A DNA stretch of 57,026 nt from Spirochaetia bacterium (GCA_965203905.1 CBDBDQ010000004.1:1-57026), one strand, 5' to 3'. Positions 32,924 through 42,422 are shown, counted from the stretch's first letter. A program made the numbers and translations. The notes: generated by a model from the letters alone, not told the origin.

Positions 32924-33902
32924 CGCGGCCACACAGCATCGGCTCGACGGCCTGGAGCCCGACAACCTGCTCGCCTTCCTGGCGTTGCTCGGGCTGTTGC
33001 GCGCCCTGCAGGAAGCTGCCCCCAAGTGGCCGCCACCGCGGGTGGCGTGGGCGGTCGACACGCTGCCCCTGCGCCCGGTCCTGACCCTGCCGGTGGCGAC
33101 CAGCAGGAACGCAATCGTTGTCGCCGCGGCCGCCGGCGTGGAACAGTTGGCGAAGCGCCACGACTTCAAGCCCTTCAAGAGCCTGAAACTGAAACCGGCG
33201 GAAGCGACAGAGAAACTGCGCGGCGCCGCCGGCAGCGATCGCTACACCGCCGACCTGTGGGCTGCCCTGGCCAGTGACGCCGCCGTGCGCACCAAGCGGA
33301 CGGCGGTGGAGGTCGAACCCACGCCCCTGTGCCTGATGTTCGGCCAGGGACACCAGCACTTCCTGCAGCGGCTGAGTGCCGTGCCTCGGCAGGCGCTGCC
33401 CGACCGCGGGCCGGGCCAGCCCACCTATTCCGTCTCCGAGACCGACTGCCTGAGCGAAGCCCTGTTCACGCCCTGGGCGCGCCCCGATGCCACGCCCTCC
33501 TTTCGCTGGGATCCGCTCGAAGACGTGCGCTATGCGCACCGCGCCACCGACCCCACCGACAAGATGACGAAGGCCACGACCCAGCACGGCGCGAACCGCC
33601 TCGCGGCGGTCGGCTTTGCCGCGCTGACCGCGGTCCCGACGCGGCCACGTGCTGCCGCGGGCGAGGTGCACCTGGCGGTGCTCGGCGGCAGCCGGCACGC
33701 CGATGGCTCCTTCATCTTCTCCTGGCCGATCTGGCGCGAGCCGATCAGCCTCGCGGCGATCCGCAACCTGCTCGGGCATCCGGGCCTGGACAACCCCGCG
33801 ACCTGCGTTGAGCTCGGCATCGTCGATCGCCGCAGCGCGCGCCGCATCTCGGTCGGCAAGTACATGAACTTCACCCCCGCCGAGAGCTGGAGACGTACGT
33901 GA
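32907..33902 (+). CDS. cas8g2: Type I-G large subunit Cas8g2 (Csb3-like)
   Basis: LDGLEPDNLLAFLALLGLL, MFGQGHQHF, SFRWDP, GANRLAAVG; position after cas3. Confidence 0.8.
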   Translation: MNSSNSAATQHRLDGLEPDNLLAFLALLGLLRALQEAAPKWPPPRVAWAVDTLPLRPVLTLPVATSRNAIVVAAAAGVEQLAKRHDFKPFKSLKLKPAEATEKLRGAAGSDRYTADLWAALASDAAVRTKRTAVEVEPTPLCLMFGQGHQHFLQRLSAVPRQALPDRGPGQPTYSVSETDCLSEALFTPWARPDATPSFRWDPLEDVRYAHRATDPTDKMTKATTQHGANRLAAVGFAALTAVPTRPRAAAGEVHLAVLGGSRHADGSFIFSWPIWREPISLAAIRNLLGHPGLDNPATCVELGIVDRRSARRISVGKYMNFTPAESWRRT

Positions 33903-34165
33903 TGGATCCCGTAGGAATCGCCAGAGACAATCAGGGCCGCCACTACTTCATGGCCCCGGGAATGACAGAGTGGAAGGGCCCGAGGCAGTACGACAGGCAG
34001 GTGGCTACCGTGACCTGTGAGCGCGGCCACCTGGCTCTGCTGGATGGTCGGCTGGTACATGCGATCCATGGCCAGCATCCGGACTACACGGCCGACTGGC
34101 TGATGGCGCACGCTGCCGACCCGCCCGAGGGGCTGCAGATCGAACTCCTCGAGTGGGAGCAATGA
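33899..34165 (+). CDS. Hypothetical protein coupled to cas8
   Basis: GTGA overlap with cas8 stop; immediately precedes second array. Confidence 0.55.
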   Translation: MMDPVGIARDNQGRHYFMAPGMTEWKGPRQYDRQVATVTCERGHLALLDGRLVHAIHGQHPDYTADWLMAHAADPPEGLQIELLEWEQ

Positions 34166-34488
34166 TCCCCCGCACCGCGGCGGGCCTCATCGAAGCATGA
34201 ACATGCAGCGCACCCAGCGCAGTCCAAACGCGCCTCTCCCGTCGCCCGCTGGCGACGAGCCTCATCGAAGCCGGATAAGGTCAGGAGGAACCGCGCGGAT
34301 GGTCCGTTGTTCCCGTCCGTGGACGGGCCTCATTACAGCATGAACATGCAGTGCGCTTGGGGCATTCTGTCCTACGCACCTTCCTCCGATCGCGGCGGGC
34401 CTCATCGAAGCCGCCAGTTTCAGGTGGCGTGCGCTTTCGTCCGTTCGGGCTGCTCCCGCCTGAAAAACCAGGCGGGCCTCATTGAAGT
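34164..34488 (+). CRISPR. Degenerate type I-G array (5 repeats, 4 spacers), opposite orientation to main array
   Basis: Repeats ending GCCTCAT(C/T)GAAG(C/T) at 34196, 34271, 34339 (variant), 34411, 34488 with varying GC stems. Confidence 0.8.
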
Positions 34489-34651
34489 AATCGCGGATCG
34501 ACGCTAACGTAAGGCTATCAAACGCTTTGTCGTATCCTTCACTTGGGTAGCACCGCGAGCGTGGGGAAGCACAATAGTGCGTGTACACACGGCAGGCAGC
34601 TCGTTCCCTGTTGTGTCATTCCACCTGTTCGGGAAATAGTCTCCAGCCAAG

Positions 34652-35357
34652 GTGAAGGTCATCACTCACGAAGACTACCTGGTCGCGGTCACGACCGCGG
34701 TGTGCGAACAGTTCCCGACCACAGCGGAGGCGCTGAGCGAGGTGCAGCTCGTGTTCGGGACCGGGCCGCGCCGGCGCGCGCTGGATCCGCTGCACCGCGT
34801 GTGGAATGGCGGCGAAGCGGACGCGCCGTTGCCGTTGGTGGAGATCGCCGCCATCGGCGGCCTGGCGCCGGCCGAGACCTGCCACGTGGTGCTTCACGAG
34901 CTCGCACACGTGCTGACGCCGGGCAGCGGCCACGGCAAGGTATGGCGGTTCGCGGCGCGCCAGGTCGGGCTGCTGAAGCCACGGGCGCGGCCCAGCCCCG
35001 ACGAGCTGGGCGGCGATCGTGCCGCCGCTGCGCAACAGGCTGCAGGCGATCCCGGCGCCGACCGAGCGCGTACCCGCCGAGTACTTCGACTGGCACCGCC
35101 GGCCGTGTGGCATGGGTTACGGCACCCGCGGCGGTACCAGCCGCGGCGAGGGTGCCGGCAGCCGTTACCTGAAAGTCATCTGCCAGCACCCGGGCTGCGG
35201 CTACCAGGTGCGGGTGACGCGCAAGTGGCTGCGGCTGGGCGCGCCTCTGTGTCCAGCCGGCCACGTGCCGCTGGCCTGCGATGATGGTGCCGAGGTGCCT
35301 CTTGCAAATGTGGCCCGGCGGAGTGCCGGGAGTAGGCCGATAGCGACCGGTCAGTAG
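34652..35357 (+). pseudogene. SprT-like Zn metalloprotease with C-terminal zinc ribbon, frameshifted near 35010
   Basis: VVLHELAH..GHGKVW in frame 1; YLKVICQHPGCGYQVRVTRKW..PLCP in frame 2. Confidence 0.7.
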
Positions 35358-35480
35358 TATCGACGCGCCAGATCGCTTCTATGTGGCCCGACGGCGAGTC
35401 GCCGGGAGCTGCTGAAACCCGGGCATGGAGGCTGTACCGTGATGGTGCTTCAATGAGGTCTACGGCGAGTTGGCAAGGAC
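35302..35480 (-). CRISPR. Orphan I-G-like mini-array (3 degenerate repeats, 2 spacers)
   Basis: Repeats at about 35302-35332, 35375-35408, 35447-35480; first spacer related to that at 8199-8239. Confidence 0.7.
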
Positions 35481-35771
35481 CTACAGGAGCTCGGAAATCC
35501 ACTCCGCTGGTATCGACTCTTCCTCTTCTTCTGGTATCGGCACGCCGGCGCTCGTGATCTCCTCCCGCATCTGCGCGATCACGACCTCGCGCGCCGCGGC
35601 CGCTTGCATCGGGCTCCCTGCACTGAGATTGTGGTACGTATCCGCCATCCACCGGGCGCTCATCCGCACCCAGTCCTCCAGTGCCTCAACCCCGCCCTCT
35701 TGCACGAGTTCGCCCTTCAGCTTCGGGTTCAGGTCCTCGATCATCTGTGCCACGAGCGCTGTCCACGACAT
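35481..35771 (-). CDS. Hypothetical acidic protein
   Basis: GGAG RBS before MSWTALVAQ; stop abuts mini-array. Confidence 0.6.
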   Translation of the reverse strand: MSWTALVAQMIEDLNPKLKGELVQEGGVEALEDWVRMSARWMADTYHNLSAGSPMQAAAAREVVIAQMREEITSAGVPIPEEEEESIPAEWISELL

Positions 35772-35832
35772 CGGCACTCTCCAGTGTAACCGATCGATCT
35801 GCCGTGGACAGTACGGCACGGCCGGCGGTAGC

Positions 35833-36081
35833 ATGCTGCGCGTGGGAAAGGTTCCTGTGAGAAACCGACGCCGGCGTACCGTACGGCTCAGCGATCGCAA
35901 GGTGACCGTCTATGTCGGTTCCGACCTCGGCCAGCGCCTGGAGGCCATCGCCGACCAGCACGACGTCAGCATCGCCATGGTCGCCCGCTACGCCATCGAG
36001 GCCGGCATCCACGCCGCCGCCAGGCGCCTGCACCATGAAGCGCCGCCCGAAGACACCACCGAGTCCATGGCGACGGGGTAG
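35833..36081 (+). CDS. CopG-like ribbon-helix-helix protein
   Basis: KVTVYVGSDLGQRLEAIADQHDVSIAMVARYAI; upstream of Rep-like gene. Confidence 0.65.
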   Translation: MLRVGKVPVRNRRRRTVRLSDRKVTVYVGSDLGQRLEAIADQHDVSIAMVARYAIEAGIHAAARRLHHEAPPEDTTESMATG

Positions 36082-36175
36082 GGTAAGGAGAGGCGAAAAC
36101 CGCCCTGTGAGCGCGCCGCAGATGCCAACCGGCACTTTCATACCCCGAAGGCCGCCGAGCGCGTAAGGATGAGCC

Positions 36176-37900
36176 ATGCGTATACCCTACCTACCTGACT
36201 CTGACGACTCCCCGCCTGACTTCTCGAAACCGATCCCACCGCTCGACCCGGAGGAAATCAAGAGGTTCAAGGAACGCAAGGAACGGGAAGAACGCGAGGA
36301 ACGAGAGAAGCAGGAAGCCCGCGCCCGCGCCCGCGCCGCCGCGGACGCGCGCAACCGTGCCGCCATGGAGGAACAGCGGAGAGCCGGACCCCACCCCGAC
36401 GTGATACGCCACGTCGAGGAAGCCCGCGCCCGCGCTGCCAGGAAGGACGCCGACGACGACACCACCGCTACACCAGATCGGAAGCGCAAGGGCAGGAAAC
36501 GCCGGCGCCGCGCGGCCGCGACAGTACAACCCGCGCTGCCGACCGAGCGTGAGCTCCTGAGCGCCATGAAGACCGCCGAGACCTCCGAGGACGTGCTCGC
36601 TGCGGTGTCTCGGTGGTGCTGGGCTCAGACGAACAGCGGCACCGTGTGCCCGCCGTCTCGGATGGCTAGTGTGGAGAGCCTGACGGCTGAACTGAAAGCC
36701 ATCAAGAAGCAAGATCCGGCGGCCATAGGGTTTCGTTTACCGGGCTTCGACTCAGGTTTCTGGACCGAACTCGACAACGACCCGCCGTTAGAGGCGGTGC
36801 TTGTGCCGCCGAAGCGGACAGACCCGCTGGATGGGGATCCTACGGGGAACTCTGGACTGCGCATCATGGCGCCCGTTGATGCCGTGCACAAACGGTGGCT
36901 GAAGGCGCGGCAGCGCGAACCCGATCTCCCCCATCCGCTCGCGCGCGTAGTAGCTGCTTTGCAGCAGCGCACTCCGGAGCCGGTGAAAATGGCCAACAAG
37001 CCGTGTCCGATCATGCCACGCGCCGTCGCGCACGTAGAGACGAACGCCGAACACTACTACCTAGCACGGTTCGGCTCAGCGGTGCACCGGGAACCGGACG
37101 GCCAGCTTCTCATGGGATTTGCAACCGAAGGAGAGCGAGGCCCTACCCTGCCGGCGAACGTTTGGGCTATGGGGTTGGCTGCAGCCGAGAGACGCGGGGC
37201 AGTCGTTCCTTTAGCCCTACGGATATGGGTCGCCGCGATTCTGCACACGCCGTTGGTCGCTCGCCATGGTCACTACCCGGTCGAACTGACTGACCTGACG
37301 CTGCGGAGGTTTCTTGCTTGGGTGTACACCAGTAAGAAGGTACCGAAGCCTGTCAGGTACTGGCCCCGCATCATGGCTGCCCGCGACGTGATCAACGCGA
37401 CCGAATTGCCATTCGAGTGGCGCGGCAATCTGTGGGCACGGCCCGTCGTAACCCTTGCTACACCTTTGACGCGGCCTAGCCTTGATGACCCCTGGCCGGT
37501 GACTGTGCATCTGCCGCCTAGTGACGGCACAGGCCCAGCTATCGATTTTACTCGCCTCCAGTACTGGAGCGTCAGGAACGCCGCCTGTTATCGAGCAATG
37601 ATCAATTTAGCTTACCGGTGGCACATTGAGGGGAAACGGCTGATGCCAGCAGCCAGCACGAAACACTGGCTGCAGATCCGCGACCCGAAGCGCTACGACC
37701 GCATCACTGATGCGGCTGCCGATGCTCTCTGCTACCCGCCCGGCACCGGTGCAAAGCGCCGCGACCAGCGCATCGCAGATGCGTACACCGCCCTGGAAGA
37801 ACTGGTGAAAGAGGGAGACGCTGTAACCGTGGACGGTCGCCTGTTGCCGCCGCCACGGCAGGGTGCACACAGGTACGTCGAGGTGCACACCGGTACATGA
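36176..37900 (+). CDS. Putative replication-initiator-like protein
   Basis: 574-aa ORF between CopG-like gene and iterons; local similarity to junction-spanning ORF; no recognised Rep motif. Confidence 0.5.
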   Translation: MRIPYLPDSDDSPPDFSKPIPPLDPEEIKRFKERKEREEREEREKQEARARARAAADARNRAAMEEQRRAGPHPDVIRHVEEARARAARKDADDDTTATPDRKRKGRKRRRRAAATVQPALPTERELLSAMKTAETSEDVLAAVSRWCWAQTNSGTVCPPSRMASVESLTAELKAIKKQDPAAIGFRLPGFDSGFWTELDNDPPLEAVLVPPKRTDPLDGDPTGNSGLRIMAPVDAVHKRWLKARQREPDLPHPLARVVAALQQRTPEPVKMANKPCPIMPRAVAHVETNAEHYYLARFGSAVHREPDGQLLMGFATEGERGPTLPANVWAMGLAAAERRGAVVPLALRIWVAAILHTPLVARHGHYPVELTDLTLRRFLAWVYTSKKVPKPVRYWPRIMAARDVINATELPFEWRGNLWARPVVTLATPLTRPSLDDPWPVTVHLPPSDGTGPAIDFTRLQYWSVRNAACYRAMINLAYRWHIEGKRLMPAASTKHWLQIRDPKRYDRITDAAADALCYPPGTGAKRRDQRIADAYTALEELVKEGDAVTVDGRLLPPPRQGAHRYVEVHTGT

Positions 37901-38057
37901 TATGGCAAAAGGACCGCCTGTTGCCGCTCCAATCGGGTATTTTGCCAGCGCCCTACTAGAACCCTGAGTTGATGGATAGGGCCGTCAGCGCTTCCGAGGG
38001 TGCACACCGGTACATAGAGGGTGCGCACCGGTACATAGAGGGTGCGCACCGGTACAT
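37861..38057 (+). repeat. 21-bp iteron-like repeats (3 tandem at 37996-38057 plus 2 in gene end)
   Basis: GAGGGTGC(A/G)CACCGGTACATA; followed by inverted repeat CTCTACCCCT/AGGGGTAGAG at about 38110-38150. Confidence 0.8.
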
Positions 38058-38505
38058 CATCTGCCGAAAGGAGCCACTGTAGCGGCTCTGAACGGGGTCT
38101 TTGGACCTCCTCTACCCCTACCTCTACAGAGGAGGGGGGGAGGGGTAGAGCTTCGCTTCGCTCCGCCCTCCCCCTCAGCGCTCCGCACCCCGGCCCCTTA
38201 TGGGCCGGCCCGCTGCGCTTTTTCCGGGAAGCCGCGGTGGGGTTGGCTCAGGGAGATCCAGAGGCCATTCTACGGTTGATTGTCCCGGGTACTCCCGCCA
38301 CACTGCGTTCCAACGACCGGATAGACGACTCGTGGCCCATGCCGGGTCACTGGTCGAATACAACAGCTCCACATAAGGGCAGGGAGTAGCTACCCGGCCC
38401 CGGAGCGAATAGCCAGAACCTCAGGAATAGATGTGCCACGGGTGCAGTCTGTCCGGTCGTAAACGGCCCGGCTCCTTTGAGCAGCGGTCGTGGGGAGACA
38501 CCGGC

Positions 38506-38862
38506 ATGCGCTCATTGCTGAAAGGGACCGCCCTCCTGATGGTGGGGGTAGTCGTCGTGACCAACTGTGCCAACACCTACAACGTCCGCGCCGAAGCGGC
38601 GACCTGCACCGAGACGCGCCGCTCCTGTGTGGCGAAGTGCGATACGGGAGCCTGCGTCGCTGCCTGCAGCGCGGATGAACGCGCATGTTTCTTCACCGTC
38701 GAAAAGGAGAACGAAGTGGCCGAAAGCGCTGCCGAGAGGCAAACCACCGGCTTGCTTGCCGGAGTGCGATGGGGGTTCCACGTGGCGGGCTTGGTCTACA
38801 GCAGCGTGGTCTTAATAACGATAGCGGCCCTGGCGGCTGATTACATAGACACCCTGGAATAA
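38506..38862 (+). CDS. Small secreted Cys-rich membrane protein
   Basis: Signal/lipobox-like N-terminus, CxxxC repeats, C-terminal TM. Confidence 0.6.
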   Translation: MRSLLKGTALLMVGVVVVTNCANTYNVRAEAATCTETRRSCVAKCDTGACVAACSADERACFFTVEKENEVAESAAERQTTGLLAGVRWGFHVAGLVYSSVVLITIAALAADYIDTLE

Positions 38863-39084
38863 AGGGCAGCGGATGGCCTGTAATAGGGTGAAGTGGTGGC
38901 AGGTACTGCTGACGGTGATCGGCGTGCTGCTGTTCCTGGTGTTCTCGTACTTTGCCGCGACTCCCAACAGCGGGTACTACCCAACCATGATCCTTGAAGC
39001 GCCTTGAAGGCGCAGCCTTACTGAGCGCCACGAACGTTTGGTTTGCGCTACGAGTGACGAGTCTCGTATCATTGCTGCGAACGG

Positions 39085-39633
39085 ATGACACAACCGAAGG
39101 AGCCACCCGCGCAACGGACAGTGAATCAGCCCGTCAACCGCTGGCGGTTGGTACTTTGCGCGGCCGGGATCGAGCCGCGCAGAGTGCTCCGTGTGTACCC
39201 CGCCGGCAGCTACTACCACACCTGCATGCTGCTGCGGAAGTACCTCAATTCAGACCGCATACCGCACTGGAAGTACGTGAAGCCGCTGTCGCACCGGGCG
39301 GACAGTGAGGAGTGGCAGCGGGCGGAAGCGGTGCGCACCCACATGCACTGCCCGCTGATCGCGTCGCCGGTGTGGCAGCTTGAGCGCGCGCCGGCGGGGG
39401 ACTGGCCCTCGGATTTGTTCCTCGTGCCGCGGCCGAAGGGAATGTGTTGGAAGTGCGACCGTCGCGTGGAGGGGCGCGCTATTCTGTGCCCGGAGTGCCG
39501 GGTGGCGCGCCGGAACGCCTACAGCGCATGGATTCAGCGCTACAAGCGGCAGCGGGAGCGGCTGGCTGGCAAGAAGCCTCGTGCGCGTACAACGTTGACA
39601 ACCACTCCTGGGAGGACAGAGAGGAATGGGTGA
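39085..39633 (+). CDS. Hypothetical protein with zinc ribbon
   Basis: CWKC...CPEC; overlaps next start. Confidence 0.6.
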   Translation: MTQPKEPPAQRTVNQPVNRWRLVLCAAGIEPRRVLRVYPAGSYYHTCMLLRKYLNSDRIPHWKYVKPLSHRADSEEWQRAEAVRTHMHCPLIASPVWQLERAPAGDWPSDLFLVPRPKGMCWKCDRRVEGRAILCPECRVARRNAYSAWIQRYKRQRERLAGKKPRARTTLTTTPGRTERNG

Positions 39634-40384
39634 CCAAATGCATGGCCCGATCGAGCCCAACGAGGGAGCTGATCTGGAGAATGAGCCGGCGGCAGAGCCC
39701 GAGGAGAAGATGACGCTCGAGGAGGCGATGGATCGGCTCCTCGAGCGCACCGGTGATCCCGAGGCGCCGGACGAGGAGCGCCGGATCCGTGCGACGAAGA
39801 TGCTGGTCCGGCACAGATTCTTCCAGGTGAAGCTCGCCGACGTCTGGAGGGAGTTCAACCCAAACACGACCGCGAGCGAAAAGAGCTGCATGCAGGCCGC
39901 ATACCGGGAGATCGCGTGGCTGAACAAGACGTACCCGCTGGACCTGGGGCTGCTGCTGGAGATCCATGGGATGGGCGACTCGGCGCTGCTCGAGGAGCTC
40001 AAGAGGCTGATGCGCGCCACCACGCTCATCAAGTCGGGCGTGAAGAGAAAGATCGATCCGGACACGGGCAAGGTGGTCTCGGAGGAGTACCAGTTCATCG
40101 AGGTGCGGGACAACCGCGCCTGGGCCGACGCGATTCAGAAGTGGATGACGATCATGGGCTACAGGGTGCGCCGGGAGCCACCGACGAAGGTGAAAGACAT
40201 GCCGGTGACCCAACAACACGTGACGCCGGAGCAGCTCGCGCCGGACGCGACCACGAGCCAGGCGACGACGATAGCGCCGGTGGAGAAGGTGAGCCAGGAG
40301 GAGACGGAGAAACGGCTGGCGGACTATCTCGCGCGCAAGAGGCGCCAGCGTGCGCAGCAGAGCGACGAGGACCTGCTGAAGTGA
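39626..40384 (+). CDS. Hypothetical phage-like protein (terminase small subunit-like position)
   Basis: Strong codon bias; coupled (GTGA) to a short truncated ORF at 40381. Confidence 0.55.
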   Translation: MGDQMHGPIEPNEGADLENEPAAEPEEKMTLEEAMDRLLERTGDPEAPDEERRIRATKMLVRHRFFQVKLADVWREFNPNTTASEKSCMQAAYREIAWLNKTYPLDLGLLLEIHGMGDSALLEELKRLMRATTLIKSGVKRKIDPDTGKVVSEEYQFIEVRDNRAWADAIQKWMTIMGYRVRREPPTKVKDMPVTQQHVTPEQLAPDATTSQATTIAPVEKVSQEETEKRLADYLARKRRQRAQQSDEDLLK

Positions 40385-40496
40385 TTACCGAGGGCAAGGC
40401 CGACCGGCTCAAGCTGCTGGGCGCGCGGGTCGACCTCATGTCATTTATCGGCAGTGGGCTGGCCGCCCGCTGACTGATTCGGGTACAAGCCTTTCC

Positions 40497-41768
40497 ATGA
40501 GTTGGAGGGCGACGATGCGCAGTAGTACGGTGCGGCGGCCAGTCAACAGGCGGGGACAGGCAAGGCGACTGTTGCCTTCTCTCGCAGTGGTCGTTCTGGT
40601 TCTTGCGGGTTGCGAAGATCCGACACAAATGGAGCCGGCCCCGGTAGAGCCACCGGGGCCGGGGACGGAAGGCTTCACTCCCGACCAGGAACGAGTAATT
40701 GGATTTCCAGCGCTCTTTCACGGCGGCCACGCGGAGGAAGTGAAGGAAGCCAAGGAAGAAGCCGCGCGAGTCACCGCGATGCACGGCCGCGGCGGGACCG
40801 GGAAGGGCCAGCTCGTGGGCACGATCGAGTCCGGAGCGAACGAGGAACACCCGGACCTGAAAGGCAAGTTTGCGCACAAGTGCGCCATGGGCCAGTGCAA
40901 CGACGGGCGTCCCAACAGGGACGATCACAGCCCCCTGCTCGACACCGACGATCACGGCACCCTGGTCAACGGCGTCATCGCCGCGCGCAAGAACGGATCC
41001 GGGGTGTACGGCGTGGCCTACGAGGCGCGCATCGCCTCATACGGGAACACGGCCTACACGCTGTACCCCTGGGGCAACGACTGTGGCGGCGTTCCCAACT
41101 GTCCGTCCGGGCTGAGAGACAAGCGCCACCAGTGGAGCGAGCTGTTCGATCAGGAGATCGCCCGCGGTATCGACTGGATGCGGTCGCTCGACGTCGGGGT
41201 CATCAACTTCAGTTGGGGCCGGACCTACGAGTGGAGCCGGGAGAAGGAGACGCGGTACGGAATCACCGCGGCGACCGTCCGCGCGATCATGCCGGTGACG
41301 CTGCAGGCGTTCAAGGCGTATGCCGACGCCGACGGAGTTGCGGTGTGGGCGGCCGGCAACGGCGACAGCCTGCACCCGGCCGTGGAGGGAATGGTGCCCA
41401 GGTACTTCCCGGAGTTGGAGAAGGCGTGGCTTACGGTGGTGGGGATCGGCACGGACGGCCGGATCGGCGTGTTCTCCCACTACTGCGGTGACGCCGCCGA
41501 CTGGTGCTTGGCGGCCCCGGGAGAGGTAGTGACGACCCACCGCGGCGGAAATTGGATCTTCGCCGGCGGAACCTCCATCGCAGCGCCCTACGTCGCGGCC
41601 GGCCTGGCCGCGCTGAAGAGCAGGTTTCCGAGGATGAGCTACCAAGAGCTACGCGCCCACATTCTCGCGACCGCAGACAAAAGCCCACCGTACGACGACC
41701 AGGCGGTGTACGGACAGGGGCGGCTCGACCTGGACGCGGCGTCACGGTCGATAAGCGACACCAAGTAG
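40497..41768 (+). CDS. Subtilisin-family S8 serine protease, lipoprotein
   Basis: LAGC lipobox; HGTLV, AAGN, GTSIAAPYVA; catalytic Asp motif reads TIESG. Confidence 0.9.
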   Translation: MSWRATMRSSTVRRPVNRRGQARRLLPSLAVVVLVLAGCEDPTQMEPAPVEPPGPGTEGFTPDQERVIGFPALFHGGHAEEVKEAKEEAARVTAMHGRGGTGKGQLVGTIESGANEEHPDLKGKFAHKCAMGQCNDGRPNRDDHSPLLDTDDHGTLVNGVIAARKNGSGVYGVAYEARIASYGNTAYTLYPWGNDCGGVPNCPSGLRDKRHQWSELFDQEIARGIDWMRSLDVGVINFSWGRTYEWSREKETRYGITAATVRAIMPVTLQAFKAYADADGVAVWAAGNGDSLHPAVEGMVPRYFPELEKAWLTVVGIGTDGRIGVFSHYCGDAADWCLAAPGEVVTTHRGGNWIFAGGTSIAAPYVAAGLAALKSRFPRMSYQELRAHILATADKSPPYDDQAVYGQGRLDLDAASRSISDTK

Positions 41769-41801
41769 CTCGGGTCCCGGCTGCCGATACTCTGAAACGA
41801 G

Positions 41802-42422
41802 ATGTATGCGGTGGTGTTGAACCAAGCCGAGGAGTCCGCCTACGACGACCAGGAATGGTCCCGCTACCACTTCCCGCGCACCTACCGCTCCAACATCGAG
41901 AGGGGATCCCGGTTCGTCTACTACCGCCCCGGAGCCCGCTGTTATTTCGGCATGGGACGAATCGGCCGGGGCTGGCGCGACCCGCAGCGCTGCGATCACT
42001 GGTTTGCGGAGCTGGTCGGTGCGCGGGAGTTCCCGCGCCCGGTCTTCTACCAGGACCGGCTGGGCCGCTACCTGGAGCGCCGACCGGAGATCCGCCGGCC
42101 GGCCTTTCAGCGTTCCGCGCGCTGGATCGATCGGGAGGTCTACGACCGCATCCTCTACGGTTCCTGGCTGTGGGCGGTTGTTATCAACGGTGAGGCGTTC
42201 CGGCGGGAGCTCGCTGGTGGAGCGCAGCGGGCGGCGGCGCTGGCTTGGGTGAGGCGTCAGAAGGAGAAATTATCGGCAGTGGGCTGGCCGCCCGCTGACC
42301 GCGGCACCAAGTGTCCGTGTTCGGGGGCTTCGGGTCCCGGGTGTCGGACTGGATTCGGCTCGACGACTGAACCGCTCGCGGTGTTGGGCACCTCTGCGGG
42401 GCAGCGCTCTAGTGGCGGTTAG
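41802..42422 (+). CDS. PUA/EVE-like domain typical of N-terminus of HNH restriction proteins; no nuclease domain seen
   Basis: YDD....RYHFPRTY, FVYYRP..YFGMGRI; 3' end reads through a dif-like site. Confidence 0.5.
   Translation: MYAVVLNQAEESAYDDQEWSRYHFPRTYRSNIERGSRFVYYRPGARCYFGMGRIGRGWRDPQRCDHWFAELVGAREFPRPVFYQDRLGRYLERRPEIRRPAFQRSARWIDREVYDRILYGSWLWAVVINGEAFRRELAGGAQRAAALAWVRRQKEKLSAVGWPPADRGTKCPCSGASGPGCRTGFGSTTEPLAVLGTSAGQRSSGG

Noticed and set aside
27168-33902. CRISPR-associated transposon
   Set aside because: No tnsABC/tniQ or other transposase; Cas3 nuclease appears intact
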